Notes: a model not told the origin generated them from the letters alone. DNA of 64,000 nucleotides from an uncultured Clostridium sp. (GCA_946414595.1 CAMKPE010000010.1:134-64133), one strand, 5' to 3'; counted from the first letter of the stretch, positions 38,269 to 47,750 are shown. Program-made: numbers and translations.

Positions 38269-38628
38269 TTATTCTGTTTCTTCTTCATCTTCTTCTTGTT
38301 CTTGATCTTTGTTTTTATTAGATAAGAAAGTTACTCTTTCAGCAATAACATCAAAGTAGTATTTCTTTTCATCATCTTTTTCAACAACACTACTTTGAAC
38401 TCGACCCTTAACTCCTACAATATCGCCCTTATGACAATACTCAACAGTATTCTTAGCAACTGCATCCCATAAAACGCAGTTTATGAAATCACTTTCATAC
38501 TCACCATCCATATTCTTAAAACTTCTTGGGATAGCTAAAGTAATATATGATCTCTTTTTATTATTTTCTGTTTCAACTAGTTCTGGATCTCTAACAAGTC
38601 TTCCGACCAAAACCACCTGATTAAGCAT
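38269..38628 (-). CDS. ssb: Short single-stranded DNA-binding protein (OB fold) with atypical acidic tail.
   Basis: MLNQVVLVGRLVRDPELV...DFINCVLWDAVAKN aligns to the B. subtilis SsbA N-terminal OB fold. Ends ...EQEEDEEETE without the canonical DDDIPF tip. Strong AGGAGG RBS before MLNQ. Confidence 0.65.
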   Translation of the reverse strand: MLNQVVLVGRLVRDPELVETENNKKRSYITLAIPRSFKNMDGEYESDFINCVLWDAVAKNTVEYCHKGDIVGVKGRVQSSVVEKDDEKKYYFDVIAERVTFLSNKNKDQEQEEDEEETE

Positions 38629-38810
38629 ATTACTCCTCCTTTCGAAGAAGTAATTTAACACTTAAATAATATATTAACAAACGACCAAATAGATAGATTA
38701 AAGCATAATAAAATATGAATAAATATAATTCTTATATAGAAAAATATTATTCAAAAATATCTATATTAATAATCTATTAAAAGCGAAGTATTTATAAAAA
38801 AAAAGAATTT

Positions 38811-40118
38811 TTACAAATTCCTTTTTAATAACTGATTTAATTCTACTGCATATTCCATAGGAAGTTCTTCTCTAAACCTTTCTATGAATCCAAGAATAAT
38901 TAATTCTGTTGCTTTCTCTTCAGGTATTCCTCTACTCATTAAATAGAATAGATTATCTTCACTTATTCTTGAAACAGTTGCTTCATGTTCAATATTACTT
39001 TTAGAAGTTCTACATATGTTTGTTGGATATGCATCACTTTTAGAATCTTTATCAAGTATTAATGAATCACATTTAACAATTGCTTTACTATTAATTGCAG
39101 ATTCTTTAATATCTACTTTACCTCTATAGGAAGCATTTCCTCCAAGACGTGCAATACTTTTTGATATTATTGTACTTGTTGTATTCTTACCAATATGAAT
39201 CATTCTTGCACCACTATCTTGTTGTTGTTCATGTGTTGCAACTGAAATAGTAATACATGTTCCAGTTGAATTATCTCCTTTTAGAATACACGCTGGATAC
39301 TTCATAGTAGCCTTACTACCAATATTTCCATCAATCCATTCCATTGTTCCATTCTCTTCAACAAGTGCTCTTTTAGTAACAAGATTTAATACATTAGTTG
39401 CCCAGTTTTGTACAGTTGAATAACGACATTTACTATTCTTTCCAACATATATTTCAACAACTGCTGCATGTAAACTTGAATCACTATATGTAGGTGCAGT
39501 ACATCCTTCTACATAATGTAAGTCACTATTATCATCAACAATAATTAAAGTTCTTTCAAATTGACCCATTCCTCTTGAATTAATTCTAAAATAACTTTGA
39601 AGTGGTCTATCTAAAGTAGTATTTGGTGGTATGTAAATAAAACTTCCTCCAGAAAAAACTGATCCATTTAAAGCTGCTAACTTATTATCAGCATTACTTA
39701 CAATTTTACCAAAATACTTCTTTACTAAATCAGGATGTTCTTTCATAGCAACTTCAATTGAAGTAAATATAACATTCTTCTTTTCTAACTCTTCAAGCAT
39801 GTTATGGTATATTACTTCACTTTCATATTGAACACCCATACCACCTAAGTATTTTTCACTATCGATTACACCAAGATCTCTAAACTCACATTGAATATTT
39901 GTATCTAGTTTTTTCCAATCATTATTTAATCCAGCTTCACTGCTTTTATAATAAATAACTTTATCAAAATCTAAATCAAATTTAGGTCCAAAATCTGGCA
40001 TATCTAATTTATTAAATAATTCAAAACTTTTTAATCTATAATCAAGGATCCATTGTTCCTCATGTTTTATGTCAGATATTTTTCTAATATTCTCTTCACT
40101 AAGTCCTACTACTTCCAT
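38811..40118 (-). CDS. sufB: Fe-S cluster assembly protein SufB.
   Basis: FERTLIIVDDNSDLHYVEGCTAP conserved SufB motif. Last gene of the suf cluster. Confidence 0.8.
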   Translation of the reverse strand: MEVVGLSEENIRKISDIKHEEQWILDYRLKSFELFNKLDMPDFGPKFDLDFDKVIYYKSSEAGLNNDWKKLDTNIQCEFRDLGVIDSEKYLGGMGVQYESEVIYHNMLEELEKKNVIFTSIEVAMKEHPDLVKKYFGKIVSNADNKLAALNGSVFSGGSFIYIPPNTTLDRPLQSYFRINSRGMGQFERTLIIVDDNSDLHYVEGCTAPTYSDSSLHAAVVEIYVGKNSKCRYSTVQNWATNVLNLVTKRALVEENGTMEWIDGNIGSKATMKYPACILKGDNSTGTCITISVATHEQQQDSGARMIHIGKNTTSTIISKSIARLGGNASYRGKVDIKESAINSKAIVKCDSLILDKDSKSDAYPTNICRTSKSNIEHEATVSRISEDNLFYLMSRGIPEEKATELIILGFIERFREELPMEYAVELNQLLKRNL

Positions 40119-40144
40119 AAAGAACATCCTCTCTTTCTATTTTA

Positions 40145-40609
40145 TTAACTACAAGTATATCCTTTTTCTTTCATTGTTTCTTTTACTTTATCTATATCTA
40201 GTATTCCATTTTCATCAGTATTTTCTAATACTGTCTTTGAGCTTTCATCAGTAATGTTTTTATTATACTTTTCAATGTCTATTTCTAAGTCATAATATAA
40301 ATTTTCTTTTGCACTATCACAATAAGCGCGTACTCTTACTCCAGGTGTGTCTTCTTCCCATTTATCTGAGTTAGCTTTACACATCATATTTTTAGTTTCA
40401 TCATCTGTTATTTTTGATACAGTTGATACTTCATATTTTAATACCTTATTATTTGAATCTAATGTGTATGTCATTTCTCCTTCAGTATTACCACTAGATC
40501 CTTTACATACTAATTTGTTTTTACTACTTGTTGTTGCAACTAATACGATTACTACTATTAAAGCAACTACTACAACACTACAAATAGCTATTATTAAACC
40601 TTTTTTCAT
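40145..40609 (-). CDS. Membrane-anchored or lipoprotein-like small protein, 154 aa, inserted inside the suf cluster.
   Basis: N-terminal MKKGLIIAICSVVVVALIVVIVLVATTSS anchor. Four Cys in the ectodomain. Confidence 0.4.
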   Translation of the reverse strand: MKKGLIIAICSVVVVALIVVIVLVATTSSKNKLVCKGSSGNTEGEMTYTLDSNNKVLKYEVSTVSKITDDETKNMMCKANSDKWEEDTPGVRVRAYCDSAKENLYYDLEIDIEKYNKNITDESSKTVLENTDENGILDIDKVKETMKEKGYTCS

Positions 40610-40620
40610 ATTTCTAATTC

Positions 40621-41043
40621 CTAGTCTTCATCATTAACTATTTTCTTAATTGATTCCATTGGAAGAAGTGCACATTTCTTTCTACTTGGTTGTTTATAAA
40701 CTTCATTATATATATTTAATTCTCCCAATAAATCTTCATCATAAGGAAGTTCATTAATCATTCTATCAAAGTTATCTACGATTAATTCTGCTTCTTCTAA
40801 TGATTTACCTTTAAGTTCTTTAGTCATTACACTTGTTGCACTAGTACATATTGCACAAGCTTCTCCATCGAATTTAATATCCTCTAATTTTCCATCGACT
40901 ACTTTTGCTGCTACTGTAATATTATCTACACAAGATTCATTTCTTGAATTAACTTCTTTATAAGCTGAATCTTTTGGTATCCCACGATTTGCAGGATTTT
41001 GATAATTATCAAGTATTGCTTCTCTTTTTAAATTTACATCCAT
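40621..41043 (-). CDS. sufU: SufU-type Fe-S cluster scaffold / sulfur acceptor.
   Basis: NPANRGIPKDSAY...FDGEACAICTSATSVMTKELKGKSLEEA aligns with B. subtilis SufU. Confidence 0.75.
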   Translation of the reverse strand: MDVNLKREAILDNYQNPANRGIPKDSAYKEVNSRNESCVDNITVAAKVVDGKLEDIKFDGEACAICTSATSVMTKELKGKSLEEAELIVDNFDRMINELPYDEDLLGELNIYNEVYKQPSRKKCALLPMESIKKIVNDED

Positions 41044-41061
41044 ATTATCCCTCTATTCTTT

Positions 41062-42258
41062 CTATACTACTGTTTCAAGTATTTTATCTTGATTCATTAA
41101 TGCATTTACTAATACATCTATTTCTTCTTTAGTATTGTAGAAATATAAACTAATTCTACAAGTATTTGTATCACAAATTGCTTCTTGTAACATCTTAGCA
41201 CAATGGTTACCTGCTCTTATACATACTTTAAATTGATTTAAGTATATTGCAACATCTTGGCTAAAGAAATTGTTTATATTAAATAATAATACTCCTGTAT
41301 CCAAATTCTTATTGTATATTTTTATATTTGGGACAGTACTTATTCTATCTACTAAATATTTTTTAAGTTCAACTTCATATTCATGTATTTTATCAAGTCC
41401 AATTGTTTGTAAATAATCTATGGCAGCTCCAAGTCCTATTACACCAGCAATATTACAAGTACCTGCTTCAAGTCTTGTTGGAAGTTCTTTTAGTTCATAT
41501 TCACCATTACTGTTAAATGAAACATTCATTCCTCCACCATATTCAATTGGTACTAATTTTTCTAATAAATCTAGTTTTCCATAAAGCACTCCAACACCTG
41601 TTGGTCCAAGCATTTTATGTGCTGAAAATCCAAGAAAACTTACATTTAAATCTTGAACATCTAATTTCATATGTCCAATACTTTGTGTTGCATCTAACAC
41701 AAATAGTATTCCTTTTTCTTTACACAACTCTCCTATTGCTTTAACAGGTCTTAAATCCCCAATCGCATTAGTAACATGTGCTAAAGAAATTACTTTTGTA
41801 TTTTCATATACTTTCTCTTTTAATTTTTCTATGCTAACTGAGTAATCACTTTCTAAATCAGCATAATCAATTATGAATCCAATTTGTTTTGCTAAAGTCA
41901 TCCAAGGAAGTATGTTTGATGCGTGTTCTCCTTTTGTAAGTAAAACTCTATCTCCAGGTTTTAAATAATGTGCCATGAAGCCAAAGACAACCATATTAAA
42001 ACTTTCAGTAGAACCTTTAGTAAAGATTATCTCTTTACTTGATTCAGCATTAATAAGATTCTTTACTTTGTCCCTAACACCATCATACTTCTCATCAACT
42101 TTTAAGCTGATATCATAATCTCCTCTATGAGAATTAGCAGTATACTTTGTATAATAATCTACTATTTCTCTTACTACACTTCTAGGCTTCTGTGTAGTAG
42201 CAGCATTATCTAAATATATAATTCCAGTATTAAATATATCAAAATCTTCTCTATTCAA
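41062..42258 (-). CDS. sufS: Cysteine desulfurase SufS (class V aminotransferase).
   Basis: PLP-Lys region SFLGFSAHKMLGPTGVGVLYG. 398 aa. Position between sufD and sufU. Confidence 0.8.
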   Translation of the reverse strand: MNREDFDIFNTGIIYLDNAATTQKPRSVVREIVDYYTKYTANSHRGDYDISLKVDEKYDGVRDKVKNLINAESSKEIIFTKGSTESFNMVVFGFMAHYLKPGDRVLLTKGEHASNILPWMTLAKQIGFIIDYADLESDYSVSIEKLKEKVYENTKVISLAHVTNAIGDLRPVKAIGELCKEKGILFVLDATQSIGHMKLDVQDLNVSFLGFSAHKMLGPTGVGVLYGKLDLLEKLVPIEYGGGMNVSFNSNGEYELKELPTRLEAGTCNIAGVIGLGAAIDYLQTIGLDKIHEYEVELKKYLVDRISTVPNIKIYNKNLDTGVLLFNINNFFSQDVAIYLNQFKVCIRAGNHCAKMLQEAICDTNTCRISLYFYNTKEEIDVLVNALMNQDKILETVV

Positions 42259-42272
42259 TATATCACCTCCAA

Positions 42273-42998
42273 TTATTTATTTATATTTTCTATTATGCCA
42301 CAATAAATATCTCTTTCTTTATCATCAAGTTTCATATTACCAATTAAGAAAGCCTTAATTAATAAATCATCACATTCTTCTATAGTTAAACCTCTACTCA
42401 TCATATAGAATTTATCTTCTTCATCAAAAGTTCCTATATATGCAGAGTGACTTGCTTCTATTTCAGAATTATCAACAATTAAGTTTGGAAGTATATTACT
42501 CTTTCCATCTTTCAAATTAATAATCTTATTATCTTGTTTAAAATTAACAGAAGAACTATCTTTCTTAATAATTCCATCTACAATAAATTTAAATTCATTA
42601 TCTTCTACATTAATACAATGGTTAACTATTACACTTTTTGTATCTGAACTATTATGTAATATTTTTTGTGTATAATTATTATCTAAATAATTAATAACAC
42701 TTGTTGAATACTTTATCTTTGAATTAATATCATTCATTTCAATTGTAACTGTATCACTACAATCAATCGATAATTTGTTAATTACTACATCACAATCTTC
42801 ATCTATAAAGTAATTTACTCTATTACTAGTTTTATTTGTTTTAATAAATCCTTTAAAACAAACTCCCTTACCAATATGTATATTTACTTCTTTTTCTAAT
42901 TCATTAAAATCTACTGTCATATCTGTATCTTGATCTATGAATATATCAGTAGTTTCTATATTGTTATCTAATACTAGTTTATTCATCTTTAGAATCAC
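42273..42998 (-). CDS. sufD: SufD-like Fe-S assembly protein (short form).
   Basis: 241 aa. C-terminal SufBD-fold signature GTFDEEDKFYMMSRGL. Overlaps the sufC stop. Confidence 0.6.
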   Translation of the reverse strand: MILKMNKLVLDNNIETTDIFIDQDTDMTVDFNELEKEVNIHIGKGVCFKGFIKTNKTSNRVNYFIDEDCDVVINKLSIDCSDTVTIEMNDINSKIKYSTSVINYLDNNYTQKILHNSSDTKSVIVNHCINVEDNEFKFIVDGIIKKDSSSVNFKQDNKIINLKDGKSNILPNLIVDNSEIEASHSAYIGTFDEEDKFYMMSRGLTIEECDDLLIKAFLIGNMKLDDKERDIYCGIIENINK

Positions 42999-43737
42999 TA
43001 CCTATTACAGATGCATCAGAGTATCCGTTTTTTTCTATATCGAATGCTAAATCATATCCACCTGTTTTAACAATCTTTCCACATACCATCATGTGAACAA
43101 ACTCTGGCTTTATATATTCAAGTATTCTAGGATAATGAGTAATTATAAGAACTGATGTTTTAGGATGTTCTTTTAAATATTTATTAATTCCACCACATAC
43201 TTTTCTTAAGCTATCAATGTCAAGTCCTGAATCTAATTCATCAAGTATTATGAAACTAGGTTCTAATAGTTCAAGTTGTAAAACTTCATTTTTCTTTCTT
43301 TCCCCACCACTAGCACCTACATTAATTGATCTATGAATCATTTCTTCAGGGAAATCTAATTCACTAGCTTTAGCTTTAATATCTTTTATAAACTCAAATA
43401 ATCCAATAGCATTCTCTCTTCTTGCATTAATTGCAGTTTTAATAAATTCACTATTTTGAACTCCTTCAATGCTAATAGGATTTTGAAATGATACAAATAC
43501 ACCACGTCTTGCTATTTCATCAGTAGATAAACCTATAATAGATTTACCATCTAATTTAATATCTCCACTTTTAACAGTATAATTCTTACTACCTAATATT
43601 ACTTTAGATAAAGTTGACTTACCTGTACCATTAGGTCCCATGATTGCATGTATTTCACCATCTTTAATATCTAAATTAAAGTCATTAAGAATTCTCTTTT
43701 CTCCAACAACGACATTTAATCCTTTAATATTTAACAT
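42979..43737 (-). CDS. sufC: Fe-S cluster assembly ATPase SufC.
   Basis: Walker A GPNGTGKST. ABC signature SGGERKK. Walker B ILDELDSGLD. 252 aa. Confidence 0.85.
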   Translation of the reverse strand: MLNIKGLNVVVGEKRILNDFNLDIKDGEIHAIMGPNGTGKSTLSKVILGSKNYTVKSGDIKLDGKSIIGLSTDEIARRGVFVSFQNPISIEGVQNSEFIKTAINARRENAIGLFEFIKDIKAKASELDFPEEMIHRSINVGASGGERKKNEVLQLELLEPSFIILDELDSGLDIDSLRKVCGGINKYLKEHPKTSVLIITHYPRILEYIKPEFVHMMVCGKIVKTGGYDLAFDIEKNGYSDASVIGSDSKDE

Positions 43738-43897
43738 GAAATCACCTCTAATTCGTATTTAATTATAACATAAAATACATCTTTTATGTATAAAAGAAAT
43801 CATTTTTAAACACAATATTATTGATATTTGATTATTCACGAAAAAGGAAAGATTTTCTTTCCTTTTTGTGTTATCATAATATTAGGTGATGAAAGTT

Positions 43898-44287
43898 ATG
43901 GATTGTATTTTTTGTAAAATTATTAATGGAGAAATTCCAAGTCTTACAGTATATGAAGATGATTTAGTAAAAGTGTTTTTAGATATTAACCCAACTACTA
44001 ATGGGGATATGATGATAGTACCTAAAAATCATTGTGTTACTATAGAAGATCTAGATGAAGAACTAGTTTTACATATGTTTAAAGTTGCTAAAGAAATGTA
44101 TTCTTTAGTAAAAGAAAAACTAGGAGCTGAAGGTCTTACTCTTGTTCAAAACAATGGTCATGGGCAAGATGTTAAACATTTTCACTTACATCTAACTCCA
44201 AGATACTCAAATGATGATTTTAAACATTCTACAAATAAAGATATACTAATAGATAAAGAAGAAGTATTAGAGAAATTAAAAAACTAG
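43898..44287 (+). CDS. HIT (histidine triad) family hydrolase.
   Basis: HFHLHLTPR histidine triad. N-terminus CIFCKIINGEIPS. RBS ggtga before the ATG at 43898. Confidence 0.8.
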   Translation: MDCIFCKIINGEIPSLTVYEDDLVKVFLDINPTTNGDMMIVPKNHCVTIEDLDEELVLHMFKVAKEMYSLVKEKLGAEGLTLVQNNGHGQDVKHFHLHLTPRYSNDDFKHSTNKDILIDKEEVLEKLKN

Positions 44288-44312
44288 ATTAATTCAATCT
44301 AGTTTTTTTCAT
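44280..44312. terminator. Bidirectional hairpin aactagattaa-ttcaa-tctagtt with A-run and T-run.
   Basis: Lies between convergent HIT gene (+) and the 268-aa gene (-). Confidence 0.5.
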
Positions 44313-45095
44313 TCCACTTACAATTATAAATTTATTAGCAAGTACTGCTGCTTCTTTTAATATTTCTCTTGTGAAATCAGATATTTCTTCATCTGAAATA
44401 GGAAACTCTATTCCTCTTGTCATCATCTCTGCACATATTGCAGTAAACTCTAATGAAAGATATTTTTTCTTTCCTTCTAATGCAGTTTCATAATCTTCCA
44501 TTCCTTCATACATTTCTGTACAATTTGATTCATGAATAATATCTTGAAGTATTCTATAATACTCATTAAGTGCTAAAGGATTAGAAAGCAATCCGAAGTT
44601 GCTTTCAGGAGTACTTAACTCTTCTAAGTTTCTTGTTTCTCCAGCAAAATAATTTCTTAAAATCATTGATTGAGTAGCTCTTAAATTAATATATTTATGT
44701 AAAGAATCTTTAGTATCTTTATCTAGTTTATTACTCTTACAAAACCATAAATACACAGCATATAAGAATTTATTATTTTCTTCTTCAAAGACTGTTTCTT
44801 TAAATTTTTCTCTATAAGTATTTGAAAGCAAGAAACATAAAGTTGATCTATCAAATGTTTCTTCATCAGCTTCTTCATGACCGCTCATTATGATAGACAT
44901 TAACTCTTCTTGTGGATAATTTTCTAACATATAATCTACTAAAGCATTAGTACATAAAAATACATTCCTATATTTTTCTTTTAAATCATCACTTACTATT
45001 CCTTTTTTTTCATCTTCTTCAATTGCTTTATCAATAAGTAATCGTTCTTCTTTAACTAGATTTAAAACGTTGTTAATAAACTCTTCCATACACAA
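44289..45095 (-). CDS. Hypothetical acidic cytoplasmic protein, 268 aa. Lies downstream of the DGWTGI paralog array.
   Basis: ORF only. Confidence 0.4.
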   Translation of the reverse strand: MCMEEFINNVLNLVKEERLLIDKAIEEDEKKGIVSDDLKEKYRNVFLCTNALVDYMLENYPQEELMSIIMSGHEEADEETFDRSTLCFLLSNTYREKFKETVFEEENNKFLYAVYLWFCKSNKLDKDTKDSLHKYINLRATQSMILRNYFAGETRNLEELSTPESNFGLLSNPLALNEYYRILQDIIHESNCTEMYEGMEDYETALEGKKKYLSLEFTAICAEMMTRGIEFPISDEEISDFTREILKEAAVLANKFIIVSGMKKTRLN

Positions 45096-45181
45096 CTACC
45101 CCCAAAATTGTTTTTTATTATATAATATTAAGAATTATAAGTCAAAAAAATAACCCATTTCTGAGTTATTTATATTTTTAG

Positions 45182-45811
45182 TTAAGCAGCCATTACATTT
45201 TCGGCTTGTTGTTTTCCTAGCATTATATTATTAGTTTCTTCTTCGATTGCTTTATTTAATACAGTTTCAATAGTACTTAATTCATTTCTAATGTAAATTA
45301 TACTTTTATCAATCATTTTTTTGTATTCTGCTTGTAAGTCACCAGCTGGATCAAACATTGAAAAATTCATTGGTACTCCATCTAAATCGGCTTCTACTGC
45401 TTTCATTTTATCATGAAAATCATTCAATGCAACTTTAACTAAAGCAACATTCATACCTTTTAATCCATCTTTTTCTGATTGTAGCTTATCAAAAAAATAA
45501 TGTCCATGCCATAAAGTATAATCATATTCAAATTCTGCTCCATTATATTTGGCCATAAACGATGCAGCTTTTGCGGCACTCATTAAAATGTTGTTATGAC
45601 AATTATTTAATTCTTCCTCGAATCCTTCTAGTGAAACTATTTGTTGATTAAAATCTACTGCTTTTTCTGATGCCCATACTAGAGACAAGTTACTAGTAAA
45701 CTTAATTGCTCCTTGAACATACTTGCTTTTGATTTGTTTCATTGCATCTTTAAAAGCATCTAATTGTTTTTGTACATCACTAATGTTAATTCCTGTCCAT
45801 CCATCTCCCAT
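45182..45811 (-). CDS. DGWTGI paralog 1, about 209 aa. Start at MGDGWTGINISD.
   Basis: N-terminus MGDGWTGI, C-terminus MLGKQQAENVMAA. Strong RBS taaggaggtatatat before the ATG at 45811. The ORF-track upstream extension is probably spurious. Confidence 0.6.
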   Translation of the reverse strand: MGDGWTGINISDVQKQLDAFKDAMKQIKSKYVQGAIKFTSNLSLVWASEKAVDFNQQIVSLEGFEEELNNCHNNILMSAAKAASFMAKYNGAEFEYDYTLWHGHYFFDKLQSEKDGLKGMNVALVKVALNDFHDKMKAVEADLDGVPMNFSMFDPAGDLQAEYKKMIDKSIIYIRNELSTIETVLNKAIEEETNNIMLGKQQAENVMAA

Positions 45812-45928
45812 AATATATACCTCCTTAATTATAAAATATAGATTAACATCTACTTTTATTATCATATATATGTAGTCATTTGCAAAGAAAATTAAAACAA
45901 CCCATGTAAATGAGTTGTCTATTAACAA

Positions 45929-45960
45929 TTTTACTAAGCTGTAAGTTGTGATTCTGCTTG
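45929..45960 (-). terminator. Hairpin acaactcat-ttac-atgggttgt plus T-run after paralog 2.
   Basis: Near-identical in sequence to the terminator after paralog 3. Confidence 0.5.
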
Positions 45961-46566
45961 TTGTTTTCCTAACATTACATTTAATTCTTCAGTTTCAAAT
46001 GCAGCTTTTGCATCATTAACTGCAGATGATACTGCATTACTAATCAATAATATTAATTGATTAACCATTCTTTTATATTCTGTTTGTAATGTACCATCTG
46101 GGTCTAATAATGAAAAATCTGTTGGTACTTCAATTAATCTTTCAATCAATGATGTTGTGCTTTCTTTAAACGCATCTACTGACATTTTAGCAAGTACAAC
46201 ATTCATACCTGTAATTCCATCCTTAACATCTTCTAACATCTTAGCATCACCTTCTCCTGAAGGTCTTGTACCTACATCGTAACTAAATGATGCGCCATTA
46301 TGTTGAGCCATAAAATCTGCTGCTCTACTAGCGGAATAAAGAACATCCCAGGCACATCTTCCAATGTCTAAACCTAATGTTGCTAAATTTTTTATATGAG
46401 CATTATAAGCAATTGCTTTTTCTGAAGCCCAAGTACGATATAGTTCTTCGTTAAATAAACTAAAAGCAGTTTGATAATTATTTGCAATTTCATCCATTAC
46501 ACTTTTAAAATTATCTAATTGACTTTTTACAGCATCTAAATTTATTCCTGTCCATCCATCTCCCAT
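45934..46566 (-). CDS. DGWTGI paralog 2, 210 aa.
   Basis: MGDGWTGINLDAV...MLGKQQAESQLTA. RBS aggaggtatttttt. Confidence 0.65.
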   Translation of the reverse strand: MGDGWTGINLDAVKSQLDNFKSVMDEIANNYQTAFSLFNEELYRTWASEKAIAYNAHIKNLATLGLDIGRCAWDVLYSASRAADFMAQHNGASFSYDVGTRPSGEGDAKMLEDVKDGITGMNVVLAKMSVDAFKESTTSLIERLIEVPTDFSLLDPDGTLQTEYKRMVNQLILLISNAVSSAVNDAKAAFETEELNVMLGKQQAESQLTA

Positions 46567-46595
46567 AAAAAATACCTCCTATATTATTTATCTAA

Positions 46596-46680
46596 TAACA
46601 TTATCTTACAATAATTATAATTTGTAAAGTTTTTCTAATAATAAAAACAACCCATATACATGAGTCGTCTTATTTTTGTA
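46596..46680 (-). terminator. Hairpin aagacgactcat-gtat-atgggttgtttt plus T-run after paralog 3.
   Basis: G-U-containing stem. Motif aaaacaacccat..atgag shared with 45929..45960. Confidence 0.45.
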
Positions 46681-46681
46681 A

Positions 46682-47308
46682 TTATGCTGAAAGTACTTGT
46701 TCTGCTTGTACTTTTCCTAATCTAATGTTCATTGTTTCTTCATCAAATGCTTTTTCTAAATCTTTAGTTGCACCTTCAAGTAAATATTCTACATGTGAAA
46801 TAGCTGAATTAACCATTTCAACATATTGTGCTTTTATTTCTCCTGCTGGATCATACAAAGCAAAATCAAGTGGAATATCACGTAAATCATTTAAAACAGA
46901 ATTAACACTATCAGTAAAAGCATTTAATGCCATTTTTGCTAATGGAACATTCATTCCTATAGTGCCATCTTTGTCTTCTAACAATCTAACTGGTTCAATT
47001 GAACTAGTTATTTCTTCATAAGTGAATGTGTGATTTACTCCATTGTATCTAGCCATAAAAGATGCGGCTGTGCTTGCTGCTTGTAATACGTTATTAGCTG
47101 CATAATCAATTAAGTTTTCTAATGCTAAGTTAACAATATATGGATTAAATTCTACTGCTTTTGGTGAAGCCCAAGTACGATATAAACTGTCATTAAATAA
47201 TTCAAATGCTGTTTTAAAATTATTATACGCCCTATTCATTCCATCTCTAAAATTAGATATTTGATTCTCTACTGTTTCGACATCTATTCCTGTCCATCCA
47301 TCTGCCAT
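46682..47308 (-). CDS. DGWTGI paralog 3, 208 aa.
   Basis: MADGWTGIDVETV...RLGKVQAEQVLSA. RBS aggaggatagatt. Confidence 0.65.
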   Translation of the reverse strand: MADGWTGIDVETVENQISNFRDGMNRAYNNFKTAFELFNDSLYRTWASPKAVEFNPYIVNLALENLIDYAANNVLQAASTAASFMARYNGVNHTFTYEEITSSIEPVRLLEDKDGTIGMNVPLAKMALNAFTDSVNSVLNDLRDIPLDFALYDPAGEIKAQYVEMVNSAISHVEYLLEGATKDLEKAFDEETMNIRLGKVQAEQVLSA

Positions 47309-47408
47309 AATCTATCCTCCTCTACTATCATTTAAATTATTATATATCTTAATTATCATACAGGTATTATATTTTGTAAACATAAATCTATTATTTCAGT
47401 GTAAACAA

Positions 47409-47432
47409 AAAGTAAGTCATATGACTTACTTA
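47409..47432 (-). terminator. Hairpin aagtaagtca-tatg-acttactt plus T-run after the small-peptide genes.
   Basis: Perfect 10-bp inverted repeat. Confidence 0.45.
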
Positions 47433-47516
47433 GTAGCAAAAAGATCCATGTAATATAATTGAGAGTAATATATAAACTACTACAATTACCAAGAATCCAT
47501 TATTATCGTTTTGCAA
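47430..47516 (-). CDS. Micro-ORF, 28 aa, TTG start. (M)QNDNNGFLVIVVVYILLSIILHGSFCY. YjcZ-like hydrophobic sporulation-type peptide.
   Basis: GGAGGG RBS 7 nt before TTG. Single hydrophobic helix. Resembles YjcZ-family peptides. Below the ORF-track length cutoff. Confidence 0.4.
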   Translation of the reverse strand: MQNDNNGFLVIVVVYILLSIILHGSFCY

Positions 47517-47528
47517 GATTATCCCTCC

Positions 47529-47609
47529 TTAAATCCAGGCACCTAGAATAATTACTAGTAAAACGAATAATACTAAAACAATTGCAGAAGATGAAGTATT
47601 ATTATTCAT
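47529..47609 (-). CDS. Micro-ORF, 26 aa. MNNNTSSSAIVLVLFVLLVIILGAWI. YjcZ-like hydrophobic sporulation-type peptide.
   Basis: GGAGG RBS ggaggactaaatt before ATG. Hydrophobic core AIVLVLFVLLVIILGA closely resembles the YjcZ family FALIVVLFILLIIVGA core. Confidence 0.5.
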   Translation of the reverse strand: MNNNTSSSAIVLVLFVLLVIILGAWI

Positions 47610-47750
47610 AATTTAGTCCTCCTTTTTTCTTAGTCACAATATTTTATGGAATAATAATAAAAAAGTTCTTACAAACGTTAATTTATTTGAAAATATTGTT
47701 TATTTATTTAATTTTTGTTATTATATTTATGTATGCAGAGAGGAGATTAT

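Noticed and set aside
43738-43897. The symmetric hairpin aaaaaggaaagattttctttccttttt upstream of the HIT gene looked like a possible regulatory element.
   Set aside because: Most simply explained as an intrinsic terminator or insulator between the divergent suf and HIT transcription units. No riboswitch consensus was recognised.
45812-45928. 5' extension of paralog 1 in the ORF track (MLIDNSFTWVVLIFFANDYIYMIIKVDVNLYFIIKEVYI...).
   Set aside because: The extension has no RBS and is hydrophobic junk. The internal ATG at 45811 has a perfect AGGAGG RBS and aligns with the MGDGW starts of paralogs 2 and 3.
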